DNA of 56,138 nt, filler included, from Diploschistes diacapsis (lineage: Eukaryota): the NCBI GenBank assembly GCA_023645945.1. It is 5 parts of 5 records of this genome, joined end to end, with 100 filler letters (N's around TTAATTAATTAA, not from the genome) between each part and the next. Parts side by side here need not be neighbours in the genome. Positions count along the whole stretch, not along the records: positions 1 to 11,187 come from JALAIB010000854.1; positions 11,288 to 22,447 come from JALAIB010000855.1; 3 more parts are not named here. The stretch is one strand, 5' to 3'. Both the position numbers and the translations under genes were made by a program. Below, one piece after another: positions 1 through 12,342 of the stretch. Below the pieces are notes generated by a model, which saw nothing but the letters and a program-made list of their open reading frames with translations, was not told the origin of the DNA and searched no databases. Each line of letters begins with the position of its first letter. The first letter of the stretch is position 1.

Positions 1-301
1 GGGGGGGGGGCTGTTGCCTTGCTTGCTCGCGCTTGAATCATGTTTGGGCTCGAGTGGGGTGATTTTCAATTACGAGGTAGGTAGCGTGGTGTTGTTTGAC
101 TTGTGTGTTTTTGGGGAAGCAGGCAGGGAAAAGAAAGATGCTTGAGGGAGGAATAGAATGGGAGTGCTGGGAAGAGGTTGCTGTTTCGTACTTTGCCTGT
201 AATTCACGCTCGTAGGGGGGGGCAGGCAGCGGAGGGAGGGTTTCTGCTGTTTTCTCTCGAGCTGGAGAATGTATAGAGAAGTAAAAGTATACGTTGAAGA
301 T

Positions 302-335
302 GGATGGCTCAGTACGACGGATGGCTCAGTATGAC
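302..335. repeat. 17-bp tandem duplication (GGATGGCTCAGTAYGAC x2)
   Basis: 302-318 and 319-335 differ at one base. Confidence 0.85.
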
Positions 336-1343
336 GAGCATAAGGAGCTGAAAACTTGGCCGAGAGCGAACGGAACCTCGGGTTTTCGGTTCTTCCTTTC
401 GAAATGATTCGAGGCTAGAGGGAGAGTGTCTATAACTAGATGGGGTGTGCAATCAATGGCATGTAGCGATAGGGCTGAGCACGGGAGGACTTGGGATGTC
501 GCAAGTCCATTCGACATATGTATTGGATTAACATAGGAACATCTTCAGATCTGAGAACATATGTATTTGTCTTCTTCCAATCGAGGCAGCCGGAGGACGC
601 TGGAAAGGAAAAGGCATCGTGAACGCTTGGCTTGCAGATGGAACACGCACGCAGATAGGCAAGCAAAGCGATAAGATGATGAAAGATGGCACTGGAGATG
701 CAATTTATCAGATGCTATGTGATCATTCCAGTGATACCCATGGTACACTATAAGATTCCCAACTCTAAAGTCGGTTGCTAAAGGCTTGAGGATTTTCACA
801 GTGCCAGTGGTGAGCCTTTCGAGGTGCACACATCCTTTGAATTTACATAACTTAATGAACTTCAACCTCGATGCTGTCTGTATACCTCTCCTACATGTCG
901 GTTAAAACTAGGTACCTGGTACTGGCAGAAATCCCTCTGCCGTACTAGAGAAACCACACCTTTAGTATAGCGGGCATCAAAAAGAGCTTACGCGGCCCCG
1001 TTTCTGGCCGTGGGCGCATGGCCAAGGTTTTGCATCGCCTCAAATCTGGGCAGGAGGGGAGTCTTTTAGTCCCATCTACGAGTAGACTACAACCCGTACA
1101 ACCCGTGTCTCATCCGTAAACCAACAATCCTTTTTGTCCTTGATCTCCTGTTCAGTTCTGAATTATCTCCTTACCTTTCAATCGACGAAAGGACCGAAAC
1201 TGCCCTCTACCATTATCCATTCCATTACTGTTGAACCCACGAGTCGTCCCGTCAACGCTCTACAATTAGACGTCGACGGTTAGCAAGCAAGTTCGATATA
1301 TCTTGCGCAATCCCAAGAACACGCCTATTGCGTAGGCGTCAAC

Positions 1344-3177
1344 ATGATGGCGACTTTGAAGCCTGAGGATACGCTGGACATAGAGCGATATCTTGATCTT
1401 GAAGGAACATTCTCTCCATCCATTTCTCCCGCCGTCTCGAAAGGAAAGGGGATTGCTACACCCGAATACAAGGCGCCAAATGTCAACATCAACACTTTCG
1501 CACCCTTACAGCAAGGCTCGCAGACCTTCGCTGGACCTAGTCATCAATATGATCTCCATAAGCAACATATCCCATTGCCACCGGGAGCCTTGGCTACCTC
1601 GCTAGCTGCTTCACGGCGCCCAAATCTCGCCTACAATGGTTACTCACCAGAGTTTGGTATGGGCTCGAACGTCGGCCTGTACGATATGAACTCAAGCGAG
1701 GACTTCTTCGACTTCGGTGATGTACCGGCCCACAACCCTTCATTCAGCAGTTCCAACGATGTGGACATGGATTTTGACTCGCCGGTTGACGGCATGTTCT
1801 CAAACGGTTCGGACTTTATAGACCCTAATGTTATTGGCGGTCAAGAGGAAGAGTCGCCACCGCCCACGCGCGCAGAGACCGTTCGTGCTTACCCAGGCAT
1901 GCATGCTCATCAAGCACAGCAAGCTGCAATCGCTAAGCAACAGCAACAAATGGAAATACAACGTCAACAACAACAACGAGCAGCTCAGCGACCCCAAACT
2001 ACAAGCTCTCACAAGCCATCTACTTCGCGTTCTGGAGGCAGCCGTGCACCAATGGACCCCGTAGTTGAGGAACGTATTTCTCGACTTTTGAGTCAGATGC
2101 GTCAAAATCCCGGTGGCTCCAACGATGTCGATGGCGAGAACCAATCTCCTCAACCAGCTCTTACGAGAGCAAAGAAAGACGAGGAAGACATGGACGAAGA
2201 CGAGCGGTTGCTTGCTAGTGAGGAGGGAAAGAAGCTTAGCAGCAAAGAGCGTCGTCAGCTTAGGAACAAGGTTTCTGCTCGTGCTTTCCGATCTCGAAGA
2301 AAAGGTTTGGGTTCTATTTCGGTGACGATGGCGACAACGCTAATGGTTTGCAGAGTATATTGGCCAACTTGAAGGAGAAGTAGCTGTCAAGGCGACCGAG
2401 GCCGACAATCTAAGGGCCGAATGTGAATCACTCAGGGCTGAAAACTCCCGCCTTACCGACCTTACCAAGCTACTGCTATCTTCCTCTGCCTTTTCAACTT
2501 TCCTTAACGACCTTAGCGCCAACGGCCTGCCTGCGTCAGTCATGCAAGTTCCTTCCCATCTTCCTTCTCACACCCAAGCTTCCCGGGAAACCCCACAGGA
2601 CCGACCACAATACCAAATGCAACAACAGGCCCAGACTGGTATGGTAACAATTCCCGAATCTCACCTTGATTTCGCAAATGTCGAATCGACCAACAATAGC
2701 TGGAACACAGGTGTGGATTTTGGCTTTAACGCCCAGATCTTCAGTGTCCAAGAAGTACCACAAGAACCTACGTTCGAGGGTATCGACATTGGGGCGCTCT
2801 CCGGTAAATCTGAAGAGCCTTACATGTCAAAAGTCTCCCAAGAGAAGAAGGAAAGTATCCCTTCGATCGAGACTTCGCCGTCACTTGAGAAAGAGGAGCC
2901 AAAGTTTGGCTGCAGAGATGACGTTGAATTGGATGAGTCCGATCCCGCCTTTGCTCTTTTTGCCTCTGCTCCCTCTCCCACCAAGCCCACCCAACCAGCC
3001 TACCAGCTCCTTAGTCCTGTCGATTTTGAAAAGGCTGTTGAGCGCTTCGATCTTATTGTTGATGATGAGCCATGCAGTGATCATGGTACTGTCAGTTCAT
3101 CGACGATGGCCAGGTTCGAAAGGTTATGCTCAAGCCTTGATTCAGTCTCTGAGAGGCTTGAGGGTTTGTTTCTGTAA
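1344..3177 (+). CDS. bZIP transcription factor (2 coding exons; intron 2305-2353)
   Basis: Basic region LSSKERRQLRNKVSARAFRSRRK is spliced in frame to the zipper EYIGQLEGEVA...LRAENSRLTDL, and the frame continues into ORF 2542-3177; Q-rich central region. Confidence 0.88.
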
Positions 3178-3319
3178 CATTTAGACAATAAGCTTATAGG
3201 TGGTCATCTATGGTTGAGCTTAAATGTTAGTGGGCGCTGGCTGTTATGAGGCACGAGTCTCCTTGGAAAATAGCTGATTATTTGATATTCCCCCATCCAG
3301 CTTGTTGAATGAGCTAAGA

Positions 3320-3343
3320 GATATATATATATATATATATATT
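3320..3343. repeat. (AT)n microsatellite
   Basis: Run of alternating AT, read directly. Confidence 0.9.
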
Positions 3344-3528
3344 TGTCAGTTAAAGGCAAAATTATTTTGGTTGCGCTTGCTGATCCCTCAAAGTGGCATA
3401 AGTTAGTCATGGTTCCTCATGGAAGTAAATAAATTTCACTGAGGTCTATACGTACCTAGTTTTCCTCGCTTTGTATCGAGGTAAAAATTCTCCAAGTATT
3501 TGCCTCTGTGGGAAGGCGCATGCACTGA

Positions 3529-4890
3529 TTGCCTTCCATCATGGGTTCATGCATTTTGTGCAGACGATTGCCGCTGACCCTAATCGATAAGAGCGCCAAA
3601 CGGATTTGCCACCGCCCCTGCAGACTGTTGTTCCAAAGAAGTAATGAAAGTACTGCGACATTTCTCGGACAATCCCAGGACGGGTCCAGACAACAATTTA
3701 AGGAAGGCATTGGACCTTCGTTGCGAAGACTTGAAAGCTCGAGGCATCGCCTGAACGACCTTAAAGATGCTAAGCCTTTCTCTGCTTTCTTAACCGACAA
3801 GTTCTCCCGGCAGCATACATACCTACGCATATCTCTTACCGAGAGATGCAATTTGCGATGCACATACTGCATGCCAGAGGAGGGTGTACCCCTCTCGCCT
3901 GATGCCACCCAGCTAACAACACCTGAGATTTTGATGCTTTCTTCCCTCTTTGTATCTCAGGGTGTTGACAAGATTCGTCTTACTGGTGGCGAACCTACTG
4001 TTCGAAAAGACATAGTCTCGTTGATGCAGAGGCTTGGCAGCCTACGGTCTCAAGGTCTTAAGGAGCTCTGTATCACGAGCAATGGTGTGGCTCTAAGAAA
4101 CAAACTAGATTCAATGGTAGAGGCCGGATTAACCGGTCTAAACCTAAGTTTAGATACCCTGGAGCCGGGCCTCTTCCAGATAATGACCAGGAGACAGGGA
4201 TTTGAAAAGGTGATGGCGACCTTGGGCCGGGTTTTGGAGATGAACAAGCTTGGTGCTGGCATCAAGCTCAAGATCAACGCAGTCATCATGAGGGGCATTA
4301 ATGAGCAGGAGATTCTCAGATTCGTTGAGCTGGGAAGAGAGAAGAGTTTGGAGGTCCGTTTCATCGAGTACATGCCATTTGGTGGTAACAAGTGGCAAAA
4401 AGGGAAGATGTTTTCCTATCAAGAAATGCTGGGCATTATCAAATCAACATATCCTGACCTTACGAAGGTGCAAGATGCTGCATCAGAAACAAGCAAAACT
4501 TATCATATTCCCGGCTTTGCAGGCAAAGTGGGATTTATCACCAGCATGACGGAAAACTTCTGCGGTAGTTGCAACCGACTGCGCATCACAAGCGATGGCA
4601 ACCTCAAAGTCTGTCTCTTCGGCAACGCTGAGGTCAGCCTGAGGGACTTACTGCGCAAGGATAACCATGGAGATCCTATTGATGAGCACGCATATGAAGC
4701 CATGGAGCAGGTCGAGATGGGCCGAAGAAAAGTGAGGCGAGGGAGCACCGGATGGCATGGAACAAATGAAAGAGAGCAGGAGCTCTTAGAGGTGATCGGC
4801 AGAGCCGTTGGAAGGAAGAAGGAAAGGCATGCAGGAATAGGAGTTTTGGAAAAGATGGAAAATCGGCCAATGATCTTGATTGGTGGGTAG
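3529..4890 (+). CDS. MOCS1A: GTP 3',8-cyclase MoaA/MOCS1A (radical SAM; molybdenum cofactor biosynthesis)
   Basis: CNLRCTYC radical-SAM motif, RLTGGEP, RFIEYMP, second cluster motif FCGSCNRLR...C, C-terminal MILIGG-stop; basic N-terminus resembling a presequence. Confidence 0.96.
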   Translation: MPSIMGSCILCRRLPLTLIDKSAKRICHRPCRLLFQRSNESTATFLGQSQDGSRQQFKEGIGPSLRRLESSRHRLNDLKDAKPFSAFLTDKFSRQHTYLRISLTERCNLRCTYCMPEEGVPLSPDATQLTTPEILMLSSLFVSQGVDKIRLTGGEPTVRKDIVSLMQRLGSLRSQGLKELCITSNGVALRNKLDSMVEAGLTGLNLSLDTLEPGLFQIMTRRQGFEKVMATLGRVLEMNKLGAGIKLKINAVIMRGINEQEILRFVELGREKSLEVRFIEYMPFGGNKWQKGKMFSYQEMLGIIKSTYPDLTKVQDAASETSKTYHIPGFAGKVGFITSMTENFCGSCNRLRITSDGNLKVCLFGNAEVSLRDLLRKDNHGDPIDEHAYEAMEQVEMGRRKVRRGSTGWHGTNEREQELLEVIGRAVGRKKERHAGIGVLEKMENRPMILIGG

Positions 4891-5005
4891 GCCCTAACAA
4901 TCCTGCCATAATTGCTCGATTGGGACACCGCGATCGGTGCTTGTCCACCTGCTGTCGCTAAGACGCCGAGCCTCTCGCTGCTTCCGCTGACTTTTGTCTT
5001 GTTAG

Positions 5006-6273
5006 ACAAGCAGCAGCGAATCACACCCAGCTCGCTACACAAGCACTTCAAGACGACACGTACATTGCAAAGAATACCTTACCATGTTCTTGGGCGTCGA
5101 GTATCAGCCAACATCCATTGTTTGAACAGCAGATTTCATCTCACAACCGATAGCATGTATCGTACAGCACCAAAAGACCAAGAACGTGCACAGTCAGCTC
5201 CTGGATATGCATCGATTCCTAACTATGGGCAACTGGGACGGGTTCCCAACACCGATGAACCTCCAGCACACCCCGGCTATTCTCTCTATTCGCATGTTCC
5301 ACCATCATATGTTGCAGAAAGCCAGAGAAATACATCAGCAGGTTCAGTTTCTGACTATGGTGAAGTTTTCAGGACCGTCCGTCCAGGAGACCCACCCATA
5401 ACCACTAGTCCAATACCCAATAGTCATCCGGGTTCTTCTTCTGTTGCAGGATCAAGTTGTCTATATCTTGATGGAACCAACAACGAGCTTCTGCCCACTC
5501 AGTCTTACTTTACTCATCAACAACAGTTAGATCCACCGGAATTTCAGAATCACCTAGAACATCCTGCTGTTAGGCCGCAAATGCACCCGTTGCCGGCTCC
5601 TAGAGCTGAAACGGCAGGGCGGAGCTCTCCAACTAAACCAGAGCGAGCTCGCATTGGCATTTATAGAACTCAACTGACTCATCTTACGCCTGCTTCAGAG
5701 GTACAAATGGTCTCGATCGCAGGAAAGAAGTCAACGCACCGTGTTGCCACTGCTGTAGGCTGCGTCACATTTTCCAGCAGCCAGGTTGTTGGCTTGATCC
5801 GTGCACACAAGATTCAGAAAGGCGACGTGCTCGCTATAGCTCGCACGGCAGGCATCACAACGGTCAAGAAGACGAGCGACATCATCCCCCTTTGCCACCC
5901 AGGGCTAGGCATCGAGGGCGTTAGCGTATGGATCGAGGTTCTTGATGGCACCCGAACAGCCACCGAACCGAACACTGCTGGGCCAGACAACGCGGATGAA
6001 GGTCCGCCTACCGGACAGGACTTTGAACGCGTACTCTATGAAGCAATGCAAATGGGGATCGGTGAATTTGGAGGTATCAGGATAGCGTGCACTGTTGAGT
6101 GCTCCGGCAAGACAGGAGTTGAGATGGAGGCCCTGACTGGCGTTATGGGAACAGCTTTGACAGTTATCGATATGTGCAAGGCGGTTGATAGAGGCATCAC
6201 TATCCGTTCGGCAAAAGTGGTTAGGAAAGAGGGAGGTAGCAGTGGGAAGTGGATCGCCAGTGATTGGTCTTGA
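5006..6273 (+). CDS. MOCS1B: Cyclic pyranopterin monophosphate synthase MoaC/MOCS1B exon, in frame with MoaA and probably expressed as a spliced fusion
   Basis: LTHL..QMVSI..K, KGDVLAIARTAG, IIPLCHP, GKTGVEMEALT and DMCKAVD motifs; same frame as MoaA; branch site GCTGAC 4986-4991 and acceptor AG 5004-5005. Confidence 0.9.
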
Positions 6274-7220
6274 TAGGTAGTCTCGAGAACACTGGGGGGG
6301 TTTAAGGTCACCAGAAAAAGCATGCCCTTCTCATGTGTTTTACAAGGGACTTGCCCACTTTGGATTCCGAGCTTCTTTGGGTGTAGTACCTCTCATTTCA
6401 TGTAAGTTTGAAATATTTCTCCCGAGTCACTGTAGCAGCATGCGAGGTGGTAAACCCTCCTGCGAAACCAGATATCCATGGGTTAGATGGGAAGACGTAC
6501 ACAATGTTTCAAAGACAAAGACGCAAACTCGCTAGAATACGGCAGTCAAGAGTTACCTGAATAGTTCTTCATAACACATCTACTATGTGATAGGCCTTGT
6601 TCAGCCCTGATACATCACTACTCACATAAGCCGATGTGTCGCAGCACTACAATATAGATAACTACCCTGCCACTGCCCAGCAGCTGCCGCTCGCTCGTTC
6701 TAGCAGAAAAGAAAGCGTGTGTCTGTCTGATCCTGCTGTTGGGGATAGAATAGCAACATGTCTGACTTGTTAGGGAAAGGGGTGCGCGTACTCTAACCGT
6801 GAACTTGGCGATTAAGCCTCCGAGCTGCCAGAAATTTCTATTTTTCCTCAATCAAAAAGGCACCAATTTCGATGGTTATATCTGAATGGGATAAAAACAT
6901 CCAAAAGTTAACCGTGCTTAATACACGTTCTGCAGGGAAAGTAGGAAGAGTGATAGTAGGAGATAAACGATACAACATAATGAAATCTCTCGGTAAGCTT
7001 GTGGCACGCTTGATACACGTGGATTGTTTGCTTGGTACAACTCAAGATCACTGGCGAACTCAGCCAAGAGAGGCGTAGTACAAGTAGTTGATGAGAAAAT
7101 CTTCGTAAGCCGCAGACAAAAAAGTGGTTTGTGACATGTTGGACGTCTGCTTTAATCCTGCTGAGACATCCAACATCTTCGACTCCGAAGGTTACAACCT
7201 CCTTTGCAGGAAAGCAAGAC

Positions 7221-9985
7221 ATGCAAAAAGCATCGCTGGGGCTATTCAGATCCAAGCAGGCGTCCGATGCGAGTCAGCATGACGAGTACAAACGACAGAG
7301 CTATCGTTCTTATGGTTCCGAATCACCATTGAACTCTTCCGTTGCGAGCAGTAGCAACCCCAGCGTCAGTCAAGCGGGAGCAGTGACACCAACATCGACT
7401 GCAAATACGATACCGGGCTTGGACCGCTCCGATTACTCTGTGGGCCAGTTTGGAGAGCATCAACAGCAGCATCAGCAGCAGCAGCAGCAGCACCACGGGA
7501 AGCCTTACGGGGGCCATTACTGTAGTACTACTGCTACTACCAGTACTACTATATCTACTATATCTACTATATCTACTACATCTACTACATCTGCTACATC
7601 TACTACATCTACTACATCTACTACTTCGACTTCTCTTGCAAATAACTATCCTACCCAGAGCAAGGGCTTTACAAGAAGCGAGAGCAGCCAGCAGCAACCT
7701 GGACCTTCACCTTCACCATCACCATCACCATCAGCTTCACCGCCTGTGACTGCGACAAGCACAAGCTCCACCACCACCACCGGCAGTAGTAGTCGCGGGG
7801 CCTTGCCGCTAACCTCCATTGGAAACAGACCTGAGGCTGTACCGTACAACAGCCACCACTCGAGCTTGTCTTACCAGAGCTCAACGGTCAAATCAACAAA
7901 AGCCGACCAAAAAAAGAAGAAGCGATTTTGGAAGCTGAGTGGCGAGAAAGCTGCCTCTAATCAAGCGAGCAGTAACGGGGGATCGTCCAAATTATTCGCT
8001 GATCCAGCAAGCCCGGCAAGCCCAGCAGCCCCACTCTATCCCAAAGTGCTCATAAAGAAGAGACCGGGTGCGCAGGGTACTAGCATTCATACTACCAGTA
8101 GTAGTATTCACTCCACTTCCAAGTCTGTTTCGCCGCAGGCTTTGGACGACGTGCAAACGGGTCCAGGTGGGTTTGCAGCAAAGATCCGCCAGAGGCACTC
8201 GGTCATTGGCTTGCCATTCCAGACTGAGCTCCGAGAAGGGTCCGTGTTCAGCGGGGACGATTTCTCACTGTCGCGGGTCAGCCGCAGCCGCGATCCAATT
8301 TTCAACACGGCTTCGTCTCAGGATCCAGGGGAGGCCGGTTCACAGCGAACTGCGTGGGAGAGGCTTGGGAGGGCAACGCATAACCGTACAGCTTCCAGCG
8401 ACGAATACGCAATTCAATCCGCAGGCACATCCGCGCAGAAAAGTAGGCTTGAACCAAACTATTCGGATCAGCATTACTCAAACAGCCGACCCCCATCTCG
8501 ACAATCGATTGATCCGCCGTCGCCGACAGAGACGTCGTTTACCCTATCACACCAACGCACGACTTCCAGCCAAAATTCGTCAAACAACAAGGGCTTTATG
8601 GGTTCACAAAGCAATCCCCAACAATCGAGTGGCAGGAACGCCGAGGGACAATCGAACGCAAGCAGAGAAGGTATGTTTGCGGAATATCGAGTTGACGCAC
8701 AATGAATATTCACCTTCTCCAGGACAATACGGCTCAACGTTGAGCGTCAACAATCAACAACCCAACAGTTACCGCAGCACCTCCCAAGCCTCACCAATGG
8801 TTCAGGAAAACAGCAATCTAGGTCAGGGAAGAAGCACGCCTCCGCCGGGAAACAGCGGTAACAAATCTCGTGAAGATCTGGCGACACTTGATGTTCAACA
8901 GCTGCTAGCACGTTACGAGGAATTGAGTGCGTTGAGAAGAGCTTCTGCCTTTGGACAAAGACTAATGAAGTCTAGATGACAAGTATAGAAAAGTCAAAAA
9001 ATATTACTTCGACAAGGATGGACAGGTTCAGCACTTGCAGAACACCCTTGCACACCAGCGGCTGTCGCAATCCCGAACATCCCTTGATGACAATGAATAT
9101 GCCACCCGCTTCTCGCGCCTTGATGGCGCCATCAACAACTTAGCATTCAATATTCGCAAAGATTGGAGGGCGGTGCCGCTGTGGCTAGCGCCGTGTGTGA
9201 ACAAAGACGCTACAACCGCCTTCTCGAAAGAGATGACAGCGGTCGGAAGAGCATGTGTTAGTCGTTGGTTGGTGGACGAAGTTTTCGATCGCTATTTCCA
9301 CCCGGGCCTCGAGCCTCACCTTAGCTCTCAACTCAAGGTCATTGAACGCAATCTGCGACGGGCGGCACCTCCGACAAGCACGGATGAAGAACGAGAGGCT
9401 TTGCTATCGAAAATCAGCAACTGGAGGCTTTCTACACTAGACGGCTTGCAAGACCTGCTCAACTCGAACGACTCGAACGAATATCGCAATGCGCTAACCA
9501 AGTTGCTCGTTGACATGCTTACTCAAGATTTGAAAGATAACCTCAAGGACCCGACGCCGGCAGGGTTGGAGGCCGGCGTCATTGGGATCATCGAGCTGGC
9601 CGTCGGCCTTGCAGCCAACCTGCCTCTGGAGTCTCGCGATGTGTACGTCGACTATATTATGCCGGGCACGATCGTGAACGAAACATTCATGAAAGTCGAA
9701 GCAGCATTACCAGCCCTAAGCAATCCGGGCGACGGTCCTCCCGAAGCAGATAGACAGAGTATTGGAAGCGCCGACGACAGGGATGAGGACGAAAAAGAGC
9801 AACAAGGGGCAAAACAAAAGAAGGGTGTACTCAGCAACCTGATGGGCGGTAGCAGGAAGGTTGGGTCGAGGGGCAATGACTCGCAACCTTCCGTGCCAAA
9901 GGAGGACCGGGTGAGATTCGCGGCATTTATGAGTGTGGAGGTCAGGGGAAGGAACATGCTGATCAAAGCTCCCGTGTACGTTTGA
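7221..9985 (+). CDS. Uncharacterised fungal protein with a long low-complexity N-terminus, coiled coil and folded C-terminal domain (introns 8671-8722, 8927-8975)
   Basis: Three ORFs join in frame through canonical introns (..REGQY.., ..EELNDKYRKVKKYYF..LQNTLAHQRLSQSRTSLDD); start codon inferred. Confidence 0.75.
7455..7740 (+). repeat. Coding microsatellites: (CAG)n, 9-bp TACTAYATC array, (CCWTCA)n
   Basis: Encode the polyQ, (T/I)ST and PS repeats visible in the translation. Confidence 0.85.
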
Positions 9986-10431
9986 GTGAGGTACGTACCG
10001 TACGGATGGTTGAAAGCAAATAATCGATAAAAAGTCGAATCTGAATATAAGATAGGAATCAAGTATTTAGGGTGAGCAGGACAGGGTATCACGATTCGAG
10101 ATAGACACGCGCTATGGGTATAGAAAACTTCATAGCATTTACCGTATCTCCCCAAATAATATATACTAGAAATATATGCTACGGCCAGCCCATCCGTTGT
10201 TTCAGGTTTATGGTGCGCACACTCTGCACATTGGCTTCATTGTACTCTCTCTACTGTGAAGCTGTACCGCAGGAAACTGACTTGTCCACGCCGCCGAAAA
10301 AGGAAGCGCATCATTTTGCCGAGGCACGTCTGCTTCTGCCTCGTCTTCTCCGGCACCGCTAGAGCACCCTCCATTCCTCAAAAACTCATCCACAATGCTC
10401 TGAACGACACACACTTCGCTGCAGAAGCAGC

Positions 10432-11187
10432 ATGAACGCCCCCAAAGCGATTCTCTTCGACATAGGCGGTGTCTGCGTAATAACCTTCCTCTTCCACTAT
10501 CGACCCCCAGCAACCAGCTAATTTTGAGACAGGTAGTCTCCCCTTTCCAAGCCATAGTCGACTATGAAGTCCAAAACGGCATCCCAAAGGACTGGATCAA
10601 CTTCGCCATCTCCCGCTCCGGCCCCAGCGGCGCGTGGCAGCGCATCGAGCGCGGCGAGATCCCGCTGGACGATGCCTTCTTCGACGCCTTCCGCGCGGAC
10701 CTACACGATCCGAGAGCATGGGAGGAATACCACCGCGTCTTCAAACACCGTCGGCGGAGGCGCAGCGGCTCGGGCTCTACCGGCGCATCCGGCAGTGCGG
10801 AGGATGAAACTTTGGCGGCCGCCGCGCCAGAAGATGCAGATGCAGCTACGATACCGCCCCTGCCGACCATAGATTCCACCCCTCTCTTCTGCACGATGAT
10901 GACCATCTCCCGCGCCCCCGATCCTTACATGTTTCCGGCCCTACGCTACCTCCGCACCCACACCCCCTTCCTCCTCGGCGCCCTCTCAAACACCATCACC
11001 TTTCCCCCCTCGCACCCCTTTTCGCGTCCGCCCGATGACAACCCGCGCAAGGACCTGCGGGCGCAGTTCGACGTCTTCGTGGCGAGCTCCGAGGTTGGGA
11101 TGCGCAAGCCGAGCAGGGAGATCTACGAGCTGGCGGTCCAGCGGCTGGACGCGTTTGATAGGGCTAGGGGGGGGCACGGGGTAAAGG
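10432..11187 (+). CDS. HAD-like hydrolase (epoxide-hydrolase N-terminal phosphatase-like), 3' end cut off by the contig end; intron 10477-10532
   Basis: MNAPKAILFDIGGVC|VVSPF (HAD motif I), LGALSN (motif II), SSEVGMRKP (motif III). Confidence 0.88.
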
Positions 11188-11287
11188 NNNNNNNNNNNNN
11201 NNNNNNNNNNNNNNNNNNNNNNNNNNNNNNNTTAATTAATTAANNNNNNNNNNNNNNNNNNNNNNNNNNNNNNNNNNNNNNNNNNNN
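11188..11287. other. Artificial contig spacer (44N-TTAATTAATTAA-44N)
   Basis: Identical 100-nt spacer whose core has stop codons in all six frames. Confidence 0.99.
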
Positions 11288-11922
11288 CCACCACCACCAC
11301 CACCATCCGTATCCCCATTCCTAGTAACCCACCTCAGCGCCTCAAACTCCTGCCTGAGCCAGCTCCTCATCTTAAAGAAGCGCTCGCCGTTGACCCCGTA
11401 GAACCGATCCCACCACCTGCCGGGCTCGGCCTCGAAGCGGCGCCGGTCCCACTCGCTCGCCCGGTTCGCGCGCTGGAAGGCGTACTGCTCGCGCGCGTAC
11501 GCCACGAACCGCGCGTCCGCCGTGCCGTCCACGTGGTCCCACGCGTTCCACGCGAACACGTCGTCCGTCGCCCCCAGGTACCGCGTGCCGAACTGGAACG
11601 CCTCCGTCCGCTTCGCGCCAGTGCGCCCGCTTGCCGCCTGCGGCGTCGTCGTCGTCGTCGTCGTCGGCGGCCGCACGCTGCGCGAGAGCGTCTGGATCGC
11701 CGTCAGGGGCTTGGTGCGCGCCGCCGAGGGGGCTGGTTCGTGCGGAGCCGGGGCCGCGTCGGGGACGCTGGTGGAGATGGGCGGCGGGGGCGAGATGCGC
11801 GCGTCCAGGAGTGGAGATGCTGATGGAGCTGGAGCTGGAGCTGGAGCTGGAGATGGAGATGGGGAGCTTTTGTGCGGGGGGGCTGGGCCCGCCGTTTCGA
11901 GGGTGGATGGAAGATCGGGCAT
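11288..11922 (-). CDS. TRM140: tRNA m3C32 methyltransferase Trm140/METTL2-like, 5' part only
   Basis: FQFGTRYL..DDVFAWNAWDHV and WWDRFY..N..RFFK.RSWLRQEF motifs typical of the N-terminal part of this family. Confidence 0.85.
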
Positions 11923-12342
11923 GGCTCTTCCAGTCGGACCGGTTTTTTGGTTGCAAGAGCTTGCTGCGGAAAAGTTTGATGGTTGAAGATGGTAGTTTTT
12001 GTTATATGGGCTTTTTGGTGCGAGGGAGGGGACGTGCAGCAGCGTTTACGGCATGGGAAGTTTTGCGGTGCCCAAATCGTACTGTTCTTATCTGCTGCTA
12101 AGATGCAGAGAACCCACAGTAAATACTACCTTGGGATCTTTCGAAATAGGAGAATAACAATAGGCCAAGCATTTTTTTGGCCAACAAGCTCTTGGCGTCA
12201 TTGCGCCTCCAACGTAACGGTCTGTGATGATGCTGCCTGAGATGATGAATGAATACATTGCAATTTTCCACGACATCTCTCTACGAGTCATCGCTACTGA
12301 TTCATGGTACGTAATAGGCTCGGTCAATCTAGCAAAAGAGCC

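Noticed and set aside
326..865. Short minus-strand ORFs at the start of the window
   Set aside because: No recognisable domain or consistent splice structure; treated as intergenic.
4888..4911. Stop-codon readthrough or A-to-I editing as the route to a MoaA-MoaC fusion
   Set aside because: Two in-frame stops (TAG and TAA) would both have to be bypassed; a canonical intron explains the fusion more simply.
11232..11243. TTAATTAATTAA palindrome recurring about every 11.2 kb, as a biological repeat or PacI-like site
   Set aside because: It is always centred in exactly 44+44 Ns, so it is an artificial linker; the periodicity reflects size-sorted contigs.
10432..11922. Apparent convergent HAD hydrolase / TRM140 pair, and likewise kelch / NSRP1 at 42520-45701
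   Set aside because: The genes lie on different contigs joined by a spacer.
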